Virus record (IMG/VR): IMGVR_UViG_3300042540_001399 | Span: 124,001 to 188,000 of that record | Direction: 5' to 3' (one strand) | Length of the DNA: 64,000 bases | Shown here: positions 41,144 to 51,094 of the stretch, piece after piece | How the letters are laid out: each line of letters begins with the position of its first letter | Position numbering within the stretch: position 1 is the first letter of the stretch | Made by a program: the position numbers and the translations under genes | The notes under the pieces: model-generated | The model's input: only the letters and a program-made list of their open reading frames with translations | Database searches by the model: none | What the model was told of the DNA's origin: nothing

Positions 41144-41620
41144 TTAGTCCACCTTTATATCATATTTACTAAAAACGTATAGGTTAAATTCTGATTCAAA
41201 ATCCAAATTAATTTCAGTATAAGTTACTTGATCATTATTTTGGTCAATACGAATAGTTGAATATATTTTGGAAACATTTTGGTAAATATCATTATCGTAG
41301 TAAGAAATTTCGTAAATGTTATTTTTTTCTGATACTGTTACAGAATCAAACATTACAACACTACCATCGGAGTGAGTTACTACAACAATTTTAGATTTAA
41401 GATCAATTGTATACTTTGTATCGGTTGATCTTTTTTCGTTTAAATAAGATTTACCATCGATGTTTCTAGAATAATCAACTTCTGTGACATGTATACTTAT
41501 TGTATCAATTATATTTTGAGAAACAGAAGTGTTTATAGTATTGTAAATTTTAGTTGAGTCATTCATAAATGCAAATGAAGACAAAATAAACATAAGACAG
41601 ATTAAAAATAGATTTTTCAT
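41144..41620 (-). CDS. Secreted beta-rich protein
   Basis: Signal peptide; TATCTTTG on the minus strand at 41635-41642. Confidence 0.6.
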   Translation of the reverse strand: MKNLFLICLMFILSSFAFMNDSTKIYNTINTSVSQNIIDTISIHVTEVDYSRNIDGKSYLNEKRSTDTKYTIDLKSKIVVVTHSDGSVVMFDSVTVSEKNNIYEISYYDNDIYQNVSKIYSTIRIDQNNDQVTYTEINLDFESEFNLYVFSKYDIKVD

Positions 41621-41704
41621 AAGGGTTTTTTTTACAAAGATATTATTTTTATTTGGTTAATCAAACTTTTTTTAAATAACTTTCTGATTTATATTTATAA
41701 TAAA

Positions 41705-42145
41705 ATGAATAAAGTAAAAAATATTGTAAAAATTATTGTCGAAAGTGTTTCATTACAAGACTCATTAAAAAAAATGATTCGTGATTCAGGAATTGTAACA
41801 GCGGCAAAAGCTGTCGGTGGCATAAATAATGTTACAAAAATATTAGATATAGATTTTGAAAATAAAGACGATGTTGAAATGTTGATCAAAAATTACATTT
41901 ATTTTTGGAATGATAGCGATGTAGAAATTTCCTTTTTAGAAACACGAACATCAAAAAACGGAAACAGAATAATCAATATCCACTTTAATTCAGATAGTAA
42001 TGCTTCAAATATAGAAAGTTGGTTGGCAAGAACCTTGTCTGACGAAATGAATCAATTTTTTCCTTTCAGAATAGGGGTTACGTGGGAACCCTTTTTTGCA
42101 TCTAGAAATGTTAAAATATTTATTGATGCAACAAAACTCAATTGA
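41705..42145 (+). CDS. Leader-bearing protein with KAVGG module
   Basis: KNIVKIIVE; AAKAVGGINNVTKILD; TATTTAT at 41692. Confidence 0.6.
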   Translation: MNKVKNIVKIIVESVSLQDSLKKMIRDSGIVTAAKAVGGINNVTKILDIDFENKDDVEMLIKNYIYFWNDSDVEISFLETRTSKNGNRIINIHFNSDSNASNIESWLARTLSDEMNQFFPFRIGVTWEPFFASRNVKIFIDATKLN

Positions 42146-42173
42146 TCTTATAATCAAATCATAAAAACTAAAT

Positions 42174-42233
42174 GTTAAGGGAAAGTTAAGTCGTTACCTT
42201 TTTGTTAAGTATTGTAAATGAATTGAACTTAAC
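42174..42233. promoter_or_regulatory. Pho-box-like direct repeats with 11-bp period
   Basis: GTTAAG at 42174 and 42185; GTTACC/GTTAAG at 42193 and 42204; inverted CTTAAC at 42228. Confidence 0.4.
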
Positions 42234-42281
42234 AAAATGGTTTACTATCTATTGTTAGATATAAACAATAAAATTAAAAAA

Positions 42282-43847
42282 ATGAAACAAATTTATCTAA
42301 CAATTTTTTCTGTAATGATGACAGTTTTGTCTTATTCACAGAATTCTTTTTGGACACCTACAACATACAGAGGTGCTTTTCCTATAACAGATAACACACC
42401 ACAAACAGATTGGACTCATGGTTGGTCTAATTGGGATCCACAAAATACACAGTACCCAACAACTCAATTGGTAATTAATACTGATGTAACTACTGATGCA
42501 ACTTGGTCAGGTGTTATAAAATTACAAAACAAAGTTTATATTAAAAATGGTGCAACACTTACAATACTTCCAGGAACTATAATTAGAGGTGATTACAATA
42601 GTCAAGGAACTCTAATTGTAACAAGAGGATCAAAAATTATTGCTGATGGAAATGTGAACCAACCAATCGTCTTTACCTCAAACAATCCTGTCGGAAGTAG
42701 AAACGAAGGAGATTGGGGAGGTTTAGTTCTTTTGGGGCATGCCATTAATAATCAACCTGGTGGTGTTGTTAACATAGAAGGATTACCACCATCTACAAAC
42801 ACTCAACATGGAGGAGGTAATGATAATGATAACTCAGGAGTGTTAAGATATGTAAGAATCGAATTTGCAGGAATTCCACTTGAACCAAACAAAGAAATTA
42901 ACGGATTAACATTCGGTTCAGTTGGAAGTTTAACTACAGTGGATTATGTACAAGTAAGTTTCTGTGGAGACGACTCGTTTGAGTGGTTCGGAGGAACGGT
43001 AAACTGTAAACATTTAATTTCATATTCAACAATAGATGACGATTTTGATACTGACTTTGGATACAGAGGTAAGGTTCAATTCGGTTTGGCGATTAGAAAT
43101 GAAAATTTGTCAGACGCAGCGGGCGACTCAAATTGTTTCGAATCGGATAATGACGCACAGGGTAGCGCTTCTCAACCATTGACGGCACCTATTTTTTCTA
43201 ACTTCACGATTATTGGGGCTAAGGGTGATGGGACTGTAATTCTTCCAGTGGGTGAAAAATTTGAAAAAGCTTTCAGATTAAGAAGAAATACTGCAACTTC
43301 TGTTTTCAACTCAATTGCGACAGGATGGGAAAAAGGATTATCTTTAGAGGGTGTTCCTGTTGAAAATAACATAACTTCAGGTGTTATGAACTTTAATAGT
43401 AACATACTTTCAAACTTTAATACTGGGACAGTTTGTTATACAACAACACCAAACTTTCTTTCATCTTATTTTTCTCAAAACTTGAATGACTCAACTTTAA
43501 CGAATCAAGACATCAATTGGGTTAACCCATTTGTTCAAATAGGATCAACACCTGATTTTAGATTGAATGGGTTCTCGTTTGCGGCAATTGGTGCCAACTT
43601 CCCTTTAAACATATTTGGAAATATTGCGTCAGTCGATGAACTTAATAATGGGTACACAATTTATCCTAACCCGGCAACCAATCAAATTACGGTTAATGAA
43701 AAAACTAATATCGAAGTTATGGATCAAAACGGGAAATTATTAGTAAGTTCTTTTGATAATCAAGTTGAATTGATAAATCTACCAAATGGAGTTTATTTTG
43801 TTAGACTAAACAACTCCAAGGTTGAAAAGTTAATAATTAGAAAATGA
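42282..43847 (+). CDS. Secreted beta-helix-like protein with T9SS (Por) C-terminal sorting domain
   Basis: Signal peptide; GDWGGLVLLG, DNSGVLRYVRIEFAG and DDSFEWFGG; C-terminal IYPNPA...GVYFVRL...KLIIRK. Confidence 0.85.
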   Translation: MKQIYLTIFSVMMTVLSYSQNSFWTPTTYRGAFPITDNTPQTDWTHGWSNWDPQNTQYPTTQLVINTDVTTDATWSGVIKLQNKVYIKNGATLTILPGTIIRGDYNSQGTLIVTRGSKIIADGNVNQPIVFTSNNPVGSRNEGDWGGLVLLGHAINNQPGGVVNIEGLPPSTNTQHGGGNDNDNSGVLRYVRIEFAGIPLEPNKEINGLTFGSVGSLTTVDYVQVSFCGDDSFEWFGGTVNCKHLISYSTIDDDFDTDFGYRGKVQFGLAIRNENLSDAAGDSNCFESDNDAQGSASQPLTAPIFSNFTIIGAKGDGTVILPVGEKFEKAFRLRRNTATSVFNSIATGWEKGLSLEGVPVENNITSGVMNFNSNILSNFNTGTVCYTTTPNFLSSYFSQNLNDSTLTNQDINWVNPFVQIGSTPDFRLNGFSFAAIGANFPLNIFGNIASVDELNNGYTIYPNPATNQITVNEKTNIEVMDQNGKLLVSSFDNQVELINLPNGVYFVRLNNSKVEKLIIRK

Positions 43848-44056
43848 TTTTAACTTGGGGGTTATTTTTGGTATTGATTATACCAAGAATAATCAAAGAT
43901 AGAAAAGAATATCTCAAGTGGTCAAAAAAATAATAAAAGTCCTCACCAACAAGGTGGGGATTTTTGTTATCATAGATCAATCAATAAATGATTTACATGT
44001 TGATTCAAAAGGCCTATTATTTCCATACGAAAATAAACCAAAAACAAATATAAAAA

Positions 44057-44599
44057 ATGACAAAACTTGTAATTGACCCGTCCCACTCTGATTTGGGTTT
44101 TAAAATCAGACACTTAATGGTATCTAATGTAAAAGGTACATTAACTAATTACTCAGGAGGTATGACATATACCGCTGAAGATATGAGTGACGCTCAAGTA
44201 AGATTTGATGCCGAAGTAAACTCTATTTCTACAGGAAATGCTGACCGTGACGCACACTTAAACGCTGAAGACTTCTTCAACACAGAAAGATTCCCAAGAA
44301 TGTATTTTGAATCTACAATGGTAAATGTTGAAAACGGAAAGATGAAAGGTGAAATGACAATCAAAGATACAACAAAAGAAATCGAGTTGGATATTGAGTA
44401 TAACGGTAAGAGTGTTGATCCATGGGGTAATACGAAACATGGGTTTGAAATTACAGGAGTAATCAATCGTTCTGATTTTAATCTTACATGGAACGCACCT
44501 TTAGAAACAGGTGGTGTATTGTTGAGTGATGAAGTTAGATTAACACTTGATGTTCAGATGATGGAAATGGTTGAACAAACTGAAGAGCAACCCGCATAA
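44057..44599 (+). CDS. yceI: YceI family lipid/polyisoprenoid-binding protein
   Basis: IDPSHS..GFKIRHLMVSNVKG, RDAHL and DPWG...INRSDF. Confidence 0.92.
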   Translation: MTKLVIDPSHSDLGFKIRHLMVSNVKGTLTNYSGGMTYTAEDMSDAQVRFDAEVNSISTGNADRDAHLNAEDFFNTERFPRMYFESTMVNVENGKMKGEMTIKDTTKEIELDIEYNGKSVDPWGNTKHGFEITGVINRSDFNLTWNAPLETGGVLLSDEVRLTLDVQMMEMVEQTEEQPA

Positions 44600-44693
44600 T
44601 ATAGTTTTAGAATAACACTAAAATATAGAAATCCCCACCAAAAAAGTGGGGATTTTTCTTTTTTATATCATTTACATTTACTATATTTTGTAT

Positions 44694-45011
44694 ATGTTAA
44701 GACACCAAAACCCAATTCAGATCAATTCTACAACAACAGGATTTGCTTCACCAGCGGAAACATACGTTGACAAACGATTAGATCTAAATGACTTGATTGT
44801 GAAAGATCACTACACAACATTTTATTTTAGATATTCAGGACCATCAGTCTTTGGAATCAATCAAGGTGATACAATAGTAATTGATCGAACTGAGAATCCA
44901 AAAGATGGGGATTTGGTAATCTTAACTGATAAGAATCATTTCAAACTTCGAGAGTTCAAAGGACAAAAAAACTTATGGGGAAAAGTAACATGGGTATTAA
45001 AGAAAATGTAA
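44694..45011 (+). CDS. umuD: UmuD-like (S24) protein, short and degenerate
   Basis: GFASPA...LDLNDL...SGPS...GDTIVIDR; directly upstream of umuC; start moved to 44694. Confidence 0.8.
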   Translation: MLRHQNPIQINSTTTGFASPAETYVDKRLDLNDLIVKDHYTTFYFRYSGPSVFGINQGDTIVIDRTENPKDGDLVILTDKNHFKLREFKGQKNLWGKVTWVLKKM

Positions 45012-46207
45012 AAAAGATTGGAATAATTGATTGTAACAACTTCTATGTTAGTTGTGAAAGATTATTTAATCCTGAATCTATTGGAAGACCAACCGTTGTA
45101 TTATCAAACAATGACGGATGTGTAATTGCCAGATCACAAGAAGCAAAAGACCTTGGAATTAAAATGGGGGAACCATTCTTTAAGAGTCGAGAGTTCATGG
45201 ACCAACATAGATTTTGTGTATACTCATCAAACTACAACCTGTATGGTGATATGTCAGATAGGGTTATGAAAGTAATCTCGGAGTTTGGAAATGATATTGA
45301 GGTATATTCAATTGATGAAGCGTTTGTTGATTTTTCAAACATACCTTTAGAAGATCTCACAGAAACATTAATAGCAATTAAAGAAGAAGTTAGAAAGAAA
45401 GTTGGAATTCCTGTATCAATTGGTGTTGGCCCAAACAAAACTTTAGCTAAACTAACATCCTTTTTAGCTAAACAACAGCTAAACTATAATGGTGTATGTT
45501 CATATTGGGACTTACCAAACTTTAGAAATATGTCTTATGGGATTAATGTTGATGAGGTTTGGGGTATTGGTAGAAAGTGGGCAAAAAAACTAAAAAACAT
45601 TGGGGTAGAATCAGTAGGTCAGTTTATTAACACAAACGAATATACTGTTAGAAAGTTGATGAATATCAATGGAGTAAAAACTCAATTGGAGTTAAAAGAA
45701 ATGTATTGTTTTTTAATTCAAAAGAAGTCCAAACCAAAAAAAAATATTGCATCTACTCGTTCTTTTGGAAAAGATGTACAGGACTTTGATCAACTGGGTG
45801 AAGCGATGTATACATACATTAAAAACGGTGTGAAGAAATTAAGTCAAAACAAGTTGTTTGCAAATAAAGTAACTATATTTGTTTCAGGAAATTATCATAA
45901 AGGTGATAAGTATTACCATTCTAAAACAATCAAACTTCAAAATCCAACTAGAGATCCTGACCTTATTTGGTCACAGATTCACGAACAATATAAAGTTCTT
46001 TGTGACAAATCTGAAAAGTATAAAAAGTGTGGAATAGTATTTAATGAACTTACTCCTGATACAATTATCCAAACTTCTTTATTTAGTGACGATGTTAAAG
46101 TTGTAAACGCCCCACAGAATGAAAACCATGAGTGGGAAATGAAACAAGACTATATTACTCAAAAGTACACAACATCATGGAATGAGTTACCACTTGTTTT
46201 TGTTTGA
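44990..46207 (+). CDS. umuC: Y-family DNA polymerase V catalytic subunit
   Basis: DCNNFYVSCER, SNNDGC, YSIDEAF and STRSFG; C-terminal YTTSWNEL. Confidence 0.93.
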   Translation: MGIKENVKKIGIIDCNNFYVSCERLFNPESIGRPTVVLSNNDGCVIARSQEAKDLGIKMGEPFFKSREFMDQHRFCVYSSNYNLYGDMSDRVMKVISEFGNDIEVYSIDEAFVDFSNIPLEDLTETLIAIKEEVRKKVGIPVSIGVGPNKTLAKLTSFLAKQQLNYNGVCSYWDLPNFRNMSYGINVDEVWGIGRKWAKKLKNIGVESVGQFINTNEYTVRKLMNINGVKTQLELKEMYCFLIQKKSKPKKNIASTRSFGKDVQDFDQLGEAMYTYIKNGVKKLSQNKLFANKVTIFVSGNYHKGDKYYHSKTIKLQNPTRDPDLIWSQIHEQYKVLCDKSEKYKKCGIVFNELTPDTIIQTSLFSDDVKVVNAPQNENHEWEMKQDYITQKYTTSWNELPLVFV

Positions 46208-46224
46208 CGTAGTATTTATAGTTA

Positions 46225-47166
46225 ATGAAAAATTTAATTAGATCAATACTAAATGAAGAATTACACCGTGAAGTTATACATGAATGTACTATAGCTGCGG
46301 TAAGACTCGAAGATGGTGTTGTTTTGGCGAAAAATAGAGATCGTGGATATAAAGCAAGAGTTGAAATCATTCATGAAATAGTCAATGATGTTGAAATGGT
46401 TTATTGGAGAGATGTTGACACTGATTGGAGTGAAGGAATGAATGAATTTGGTATCGGGATTGTAAATTCAAGTTTATTAGTCGTTCAAGACGAAAAGGAA
46501 GGTAAAGGGGTTGAAAAAGAAAGAAAATCTGATGGAAAAGATAAGGACAAACCAGCAAAAAAAAGATTCGCGGCTGACGGTGGTAAAATTAGAAAGGCTC
46601 TAACTTATAAAACTTTACCTAAAGTTATCAAATCAATTATTTCTTTCAGAGGTGAAGATAAAAAAGATGTTGGCCTCAAAGGGGAAACAATAGTGTCCAA
46701 TAATGAAAATGTTTACGTAGTTGAAATGACCGCAAAACATTCCCCTGTGATCAAAAAATTGAAAAAAGAATCAAAATTAGTTGTCAGAACTAATCACGGC
46801 ATTTATCAGAAAAGTGCTGGTTATACCAGTGGTAAAAAAAGAAAATCTTCAGTTTCAAGGATGAAATTGGCTCAGGATCATCTCAAAGATGTAAAAAATG
46901 ATATGGATGTTATTGATGCTATGAAAAAGAAATACAAAAAAGATCCATTTTTGAATCCATACAGAACAAAAAATATGTATCACATGCAAACAACGGGACA
47001 AATTATGATGAATCTTGATAAAAAACTTGTTGTTGTAAGAATGGATAATGAAATGGGTGAATTTGTTGGAATAGAAAACAAACTTCCTAAAGATTATGAA
47101 CCCAAAATCAAAATCAAAGTCGAAAGTGAAAAAACACATGATAACGGTAAAAAACTACCAACTTAA
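46225..47166 (+). CDS. Leader-bearing Ntn (N-terminal Cys nucleophile) hydrolase
   Basis: CTIAA...LAKNRD, EGMNEFGI and RTNH motifs; Cys21 follows I-H-E; TATTTAT at 46213. Confidence 0.75.
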   Translation: MKNLIRSILNEELHREVIHECTIAAVRLEDGVVLAKNRDRGYKARVEIIHEIVNDVEMVYWRDVDTDWSEGMNEFGIGIVNSSLLVVQDEKEGKGVEKERKSDGKDKDKPAKKRFAADGGKIRKALTYKTLPKVIKSIISFRGEDKKDVGLKGETIVSNNENVYVVEMTAKHSPVIKKLKKESKLVVRTNHGIYQKSAGYTSGKKRKSSVSRMKLAQDHLKDVKNDMDVIDAMKKKYKKDPFLNPYRTKNMYHMQTTGQIMMNLDKKLVVVRMDNEMGEFVGIENKLPKDYEPKIKIKVESEKTHDNGKKLPT

Positions 47167-47416
47167 TTTTTGAAACATTCTTGTTTTTTAATTTTTTATT
47201 CTTATCTTTGTCAAACTTATGGAAACACAATTTGAAGATTTAGAAAAAAAAATACGTGAAAAATTTGCTGAAAGACAAAAAAATGTCCCTAGAGTTGTTG
47301 ACCGTTATTTAAGAATCAAATTCAAACAAAAACTTAAACAGTTTACAGGAATAAAACTGAAATAACAAAACCCCACCATCTTGTGGGGTTTTTTATTTAC
47401 TCTAATATTTATCATT

Positions 47417-48304
47417 ATGGGATTAAATGAATCAATATATAGAATAATTAGAGAAGAAACTGAAACCGATAAAAATATTGATGGTGGTAAATTAAAAGTT
47501 TGTTCTCGTAACCCAATTACAGGTTTTTATAGAGATGGATACTGTAGAACAGGTGATGATGATAAAGGTAGTCACACGGTATGTTCTAAGGTGACAAAAG
47601 AATTTCTTAAATTTACAAAGTCACAGGGAAATAATCTTGATATGTTACAACCTGGTGACAAGTGGTGTTTGTGTGCAAAAAGATGGGAAGAAGCAAATGA
47701 AAATGGGGTAGCTCCAAAAATTATCAGAAGTTCCACCAATATTAAAACTTTAGATATTATTAATAGTGTAGACGAAGAATTGGATGAATATGCAAGAACC
47801 TTAAAAAATGCTAGAAGACAAGGTGTTGGTATAAGATTTCCACAATCCGCAATCAAAAGTAATCCAAGTAGATTTAGACCTTCAGTTAGAAAATCAATTT
47901 CAGAAATCTACGACAACTTTAGCTTATTAAGAAGATTAAATAGATCAATTGATGACACAACGATAAAAAGGTTAGTAAAACAAAAAATGTATGACCTTGA
48001 ACCCACTGAATATAATTCCAAATATGGTTACGCGGATGATGTTATTTTTTATGTTACTGATGAATTTATCAAACCTTCAGATGATCCACAATACAGTAAA
48101 ATTTACGATATTTTATACGAATATATTAGAATGAATTTTTCTAATATCATTTATAATTATTGGACGGAAAATCAGTTGGAAAATGATGACGAGTTATATG
48201 AAAACAAAGAAATAACAGAAAGATGTTGGAAGGGATACACTCAAAAAGGTATGAAAACTATGTTTGGTAAAAAGTATCCTAATTGTGTAAAAATAAAGAA
48301 ATGA
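47417..48304 (+). CDS. Modular protein: leader, DUF2237, basic peptide, LRR-motif helical module and CWKGY peptide
   Basis: TGFYRDGYC...HTVC...PGDKWCLCA; C-terminal RCWKGY...PNCVK; start moved to 47417. Confidence 0.75.
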   Translation: MGLNESIYRIIREETETDKNIDGGKLKVCSRNPITGFYRDGYCRTGDDDKGSHTVCSKVTKEFLKFTKSQGNNLDMLQPGDKWCLCAKRWEEANENGVAPKIIRSSTNIKTLDIINSVDEELDEYARTLKNARRQGVGIRFPQSAIKSNPSRFRPSVRKSISEIYDNFSLLRRLNRSIDDTTIKRLVKQKMYDLEPTEYNSKYGYADDVIFYVTDEFIKPSDDPQYSKIYDILYEYIRMNFSNIIYNYWTENQLENDDELYENKEITERCWKGYTQKGMKTMFGKKYPNCVKIKK

Positions 48305-48305
48305 A

Positions 48306-48716
48306 ATGAACCTACAAGAAAACATACAAAGAATCAAAGAAATGATGAAAATAAATCATTCATTTTTGAACGAATCGCAAAGTTTAGGAGTTACCAAAAT
48401 TTTGGGTAGACCATTCCAATTAGTTAAAACTGAAGTACCTTACAAATTTGAAATCCAAGATAACAAAAATGACATGATTAAAATGCAAATAACCGCACCT
48501 AATGGTTCTTTTATTAATATAGATGAAGTTGACCATGTTTTGGAAGAAACTGACGGTGGTGGAAAAAAATTGATTGGTTATAATTTCAAGGGTAAGAGCG
48601 GAACTGTAAAGTTGATAGATGTTCCAAATGTTAAAAGAATTATTGAGTTTGTTGATAATTCAGAAAAAAAATCAATAACAATTTCTTTTGTGACATTCGA
48701 AAAAGTACTTGAATAA
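48306..48716 (+). CDS. MNLQE-leader hypothetical protein
   Basis: Leader repeat followed by an unrelated body. Confidence 0.7.
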   Translation: MNLQENIQRIKEMMKINHSFLNESQSLGVTKILGRPFQLVKTEVPYKFEIQDNKNDMIKMQITAPNGSFINIDEVDHVLEETDGGGKKLIGYNFKGKSGTVKLIDVPNVKRIIEFVDNSEKKSITISFVTFEKVLE

Positions 48717-49198
48717 TGAACCTACAAGAAAACATACAAAGGATAAAAGAAATGATGGGAATAATAGTTGAAAATTACTATGACCCAAAAAAGTTGTATG
48801 TTGACATGGGTGGAGTTTTATTCAAAAAAATGGGTGCCGATGAAGGTGGATCAGGTAATGAAACTGATTATATAGGGAGCGAATTATGGGAAAGTATTAA
48901 AAAATATTACCCAATAATTCTTACTTCCACAGGATCCAAAAATATAGAAAATTCAGAAAAAATAAAAACCAAACAAGTTCAAGACTATTTAAACCCAATT
49001 CCAAAAATTGAATTTGTTGTCTTTGGGGCTGATAAAAAAACTTTTGCCACCACAACTCAAGACGATTTAGTTTATCCAAATATTTTAATAGATGATTCTG
49101 AAACAAACATAAACGGATGGGTAAACAATGGAGGTATTGGAATACTTCATAAAAATAATCAAACAACTTTGGAACAATTAAAAAGTTATATCAAATGA
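48716..49198 (+). CDS. MNLQE-leader HAD/5'(3')-deoxyribonucleotidase-like protein
   Basis: LYVDMGGV, ILTS, KK and ILIDD...GGIGILH. Confidence 0.7.
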   Translation: MNLQENIQRIKEMMGIIVENYYDPKKLYVDMGGVLFKKMGADEGGSGNETDYIGSELWESIKKYYPIILTSTGSKNIENSEKIKTKQVQDYLNPIPKIEFVVFGADKKTFATTTQDDLVYPNILIDDSETNINGWVNNGGIGILHKNNQTTLEQLKSYIK

Positions 49199-49950
49199 AC
49201 CTACAAGAAAACATACCGGTACATATAAAAAGAAGAATTCATTTAATTGATAAGGTAATAGATAATTTGTTACCCAATATGTATCCGTGTGATTATAATT
49301 CTTATGACCATTTTGTGGAAGGAGTATTAGATGAAATTAGATGGTTTTTAATTGATGTAGAAGAATTACAACGTATTGAAAGATCGGATATTGAAAACTA
49401 CATTCTTGATTACAAATATGATGAATTAACTGAATACTTCAATGAAAGGTGTATTGTTTTAAAAAATGATAAACTACAAGAAAACATAAGAAGACTTTCA
49501 AGAGAAAATTCACTAAAGAATGATTTGATGAATCTAATTGATAATGTTGGTTTAAAAAAAGCGTCAAAGGCTGTGGGAGGGATGGTTAGATTATTAAAAA
49601 TATTAGATCTTGATCAACAAGAAATTAATAATTTTATTTACCAGTATCTAAAAGAAGAGTTTTATCCTGATTATAATTGGGGACCTGAAATACATGATTT
49701 TTATAAAAAAGAAATTGAACAGTATGGTATATATGATTTTTTGATTAATGATGATCCGGCATATTCATATTTAGGTGAGTGGGATGGATATGAATATCTA
49801 TACACACTATCAATTGGTAAACTTGTCAGGGATGAACTTACAAAACTGTTTGGGGATAAGTGGATTCCAATTTTTAAGAAATGGTTTGAAGAAAACTCAG
49901 GTCTTGAAGTAAGAGAAATAGACTTAAATAATAAATTTTTAGTGTATTGA
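49195..49950 (+). CDS. MNLQE-leader two-module protein (RR/YPC module and KAVGG module)
   Basis: Internal second leader KLQENIRRLSRE. Confidence 0.7.
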   Translation: MNLQENIPVHIKRRIHLIDKVIDNLLPNMYPCDYNSYDHFVEGVLDEIRWFLIDVEELQRIERSDIENYILDYKYDELTEYFNERCIVLKNDKLQENIRRLSRENSLKNDLMNLIDNVGLKKASKAVGGMVRLLKILDLDQQEINNFIYQYLKEEFYPDYNWGPEIHDFYKKEIEQYGIYDFLINDDPAYSYLGEWDGYEYLYTLSIGKLVRDELTKLFGDKWIPIFKKWFEENSGLEVREIDLNNKFLVY

Positions 49951-50297
49951 TTGAGGTGAACAAAAAAGAATTTATAAAAAGACTATTAAGGGAAAATAAT
50001 TCAAATCCAATTAATCCAATTTTAAGAAGATTGGATGTCGTTGATTGGTTGGTTGAGTTTTCAGTAAGAGAAATAGAAAGACAATATAATGGTATATGTA
50101 AAGTAAGAACCCCTGAAAACTTTTTGGAAATTGTAATAGAAAAGACTGGGGATGGAATGTATTGGGATTATTTTTCTGACACACTAGATGATGATTCAGA
50201 AGAGTGGGCGGAAATGTATAGATTCATATCCATATATGTGTATAATAAATTTGGTGATAAGTTAAGAGAACATTTTCACACACAGTGTGGAGATTAA
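49947..50297 (+). CDS. LRR-motif helical module protein
   Basis: NPILRRLD...C...C; exact start uncertain. Confidence 0.6.
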   Translation: MIEVNKKEFIKRLLRENNSNPINPILRRLDVVDWLVEFSVREIERQYNGICKVRTPENFLEIVIEKTGDGMYWDYFSDTLDDDSEEWAEMYRFISIYVYNKFGDKLREHFHTQCGD

Positions 50298-50311
50298 CAT
50301 AATTATATAAT

Positions 50312-51094
50312 ATGAACCTACAGGAAAACATATTAAGAATTAAACAAATGATGGGACTTGTTACAGAAGTTACTAATCCATACAAAGTTGAATGGTTGGA
50401 ACCTACACAAGAATACTTTACACAAGAGTTAAGTGAGTTATTGGGCAATCCTATTAGGTTTACAGACAAAGAGTTTTTCAACCCTGAAAACTATGATACG
50501 GTTTATAACATTATGCCACACACATTCAAAACGATTGCTGAATTTTCTAAAGGTGAATATGTGGAAGGCGAAGATAAAATTAAGGACATACTTCTAAATC
50601 AAAATATAATATCTCTTTTAAAAGAAGAAGAAAGATGGAATGAATTGAAAAACATTTTAATGAATGACCCGCAATCAATCCAAGAAGGTTATGATTTCTT
50701 CAGTCGTGGTCAAATGACGATATGGAAAGGAACTAACCCTGAAACAGGTGAACATATTGATAATGTAAACAACACTGATTACATGGGTGAATTAACAAGT
50801 TTTCTTGAACCATTAAAAAAAACCGTATCTTCCAAAATGTCATCACATTTGAAAAAAGTTGGTGACGGAGAAGGTAATAAAGATTTACACGCTTTTGCAG
50901 GAAACATCGACCAATATAGAGAATTTGCAAAGAAAAGTGAAACAAGAAAATTACCAGCACCATTTGTTGTTAAATACTACACAAAGAAAAATGATAAAGA
51001 TTATGTTTTAATAGGTGGATTCAAAAGAAGTTCAATCGCATTACAAATGGGTATTGAACCAATAAAAGTTTGGTTAATAGATTTAACAATATGA
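50312..51094 (+). CDS. MNLQE-leader protein with C-terminal ParB/Srx-like motif
   Basis: LPAPFV...LIGGFKRSSIA. Confidence 0.55.
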   Translation: MNLQENILRIKQMMGLVTEVTNPYKVEWLEPTQEYFTQELSELLGNPIRFTDKEFFNPENYDTVYNIMPHTFKTIAEFSKGEYVEGEDKIKDILLNQNIISLLKEEERWNELKNILMNDPQSIQEGYDFFSRGQMTIWKGTNPETGEHIDNVNNTDYMGELTSFLEPLKKTVSSKMSSHLKKVGDGEGNKDLHAFAGNIDQYREFAKKSETRKLPAPFVVKYYTKKNDKDYVLIGGFKRSSIALQMGIEPIKVWLIDLTI

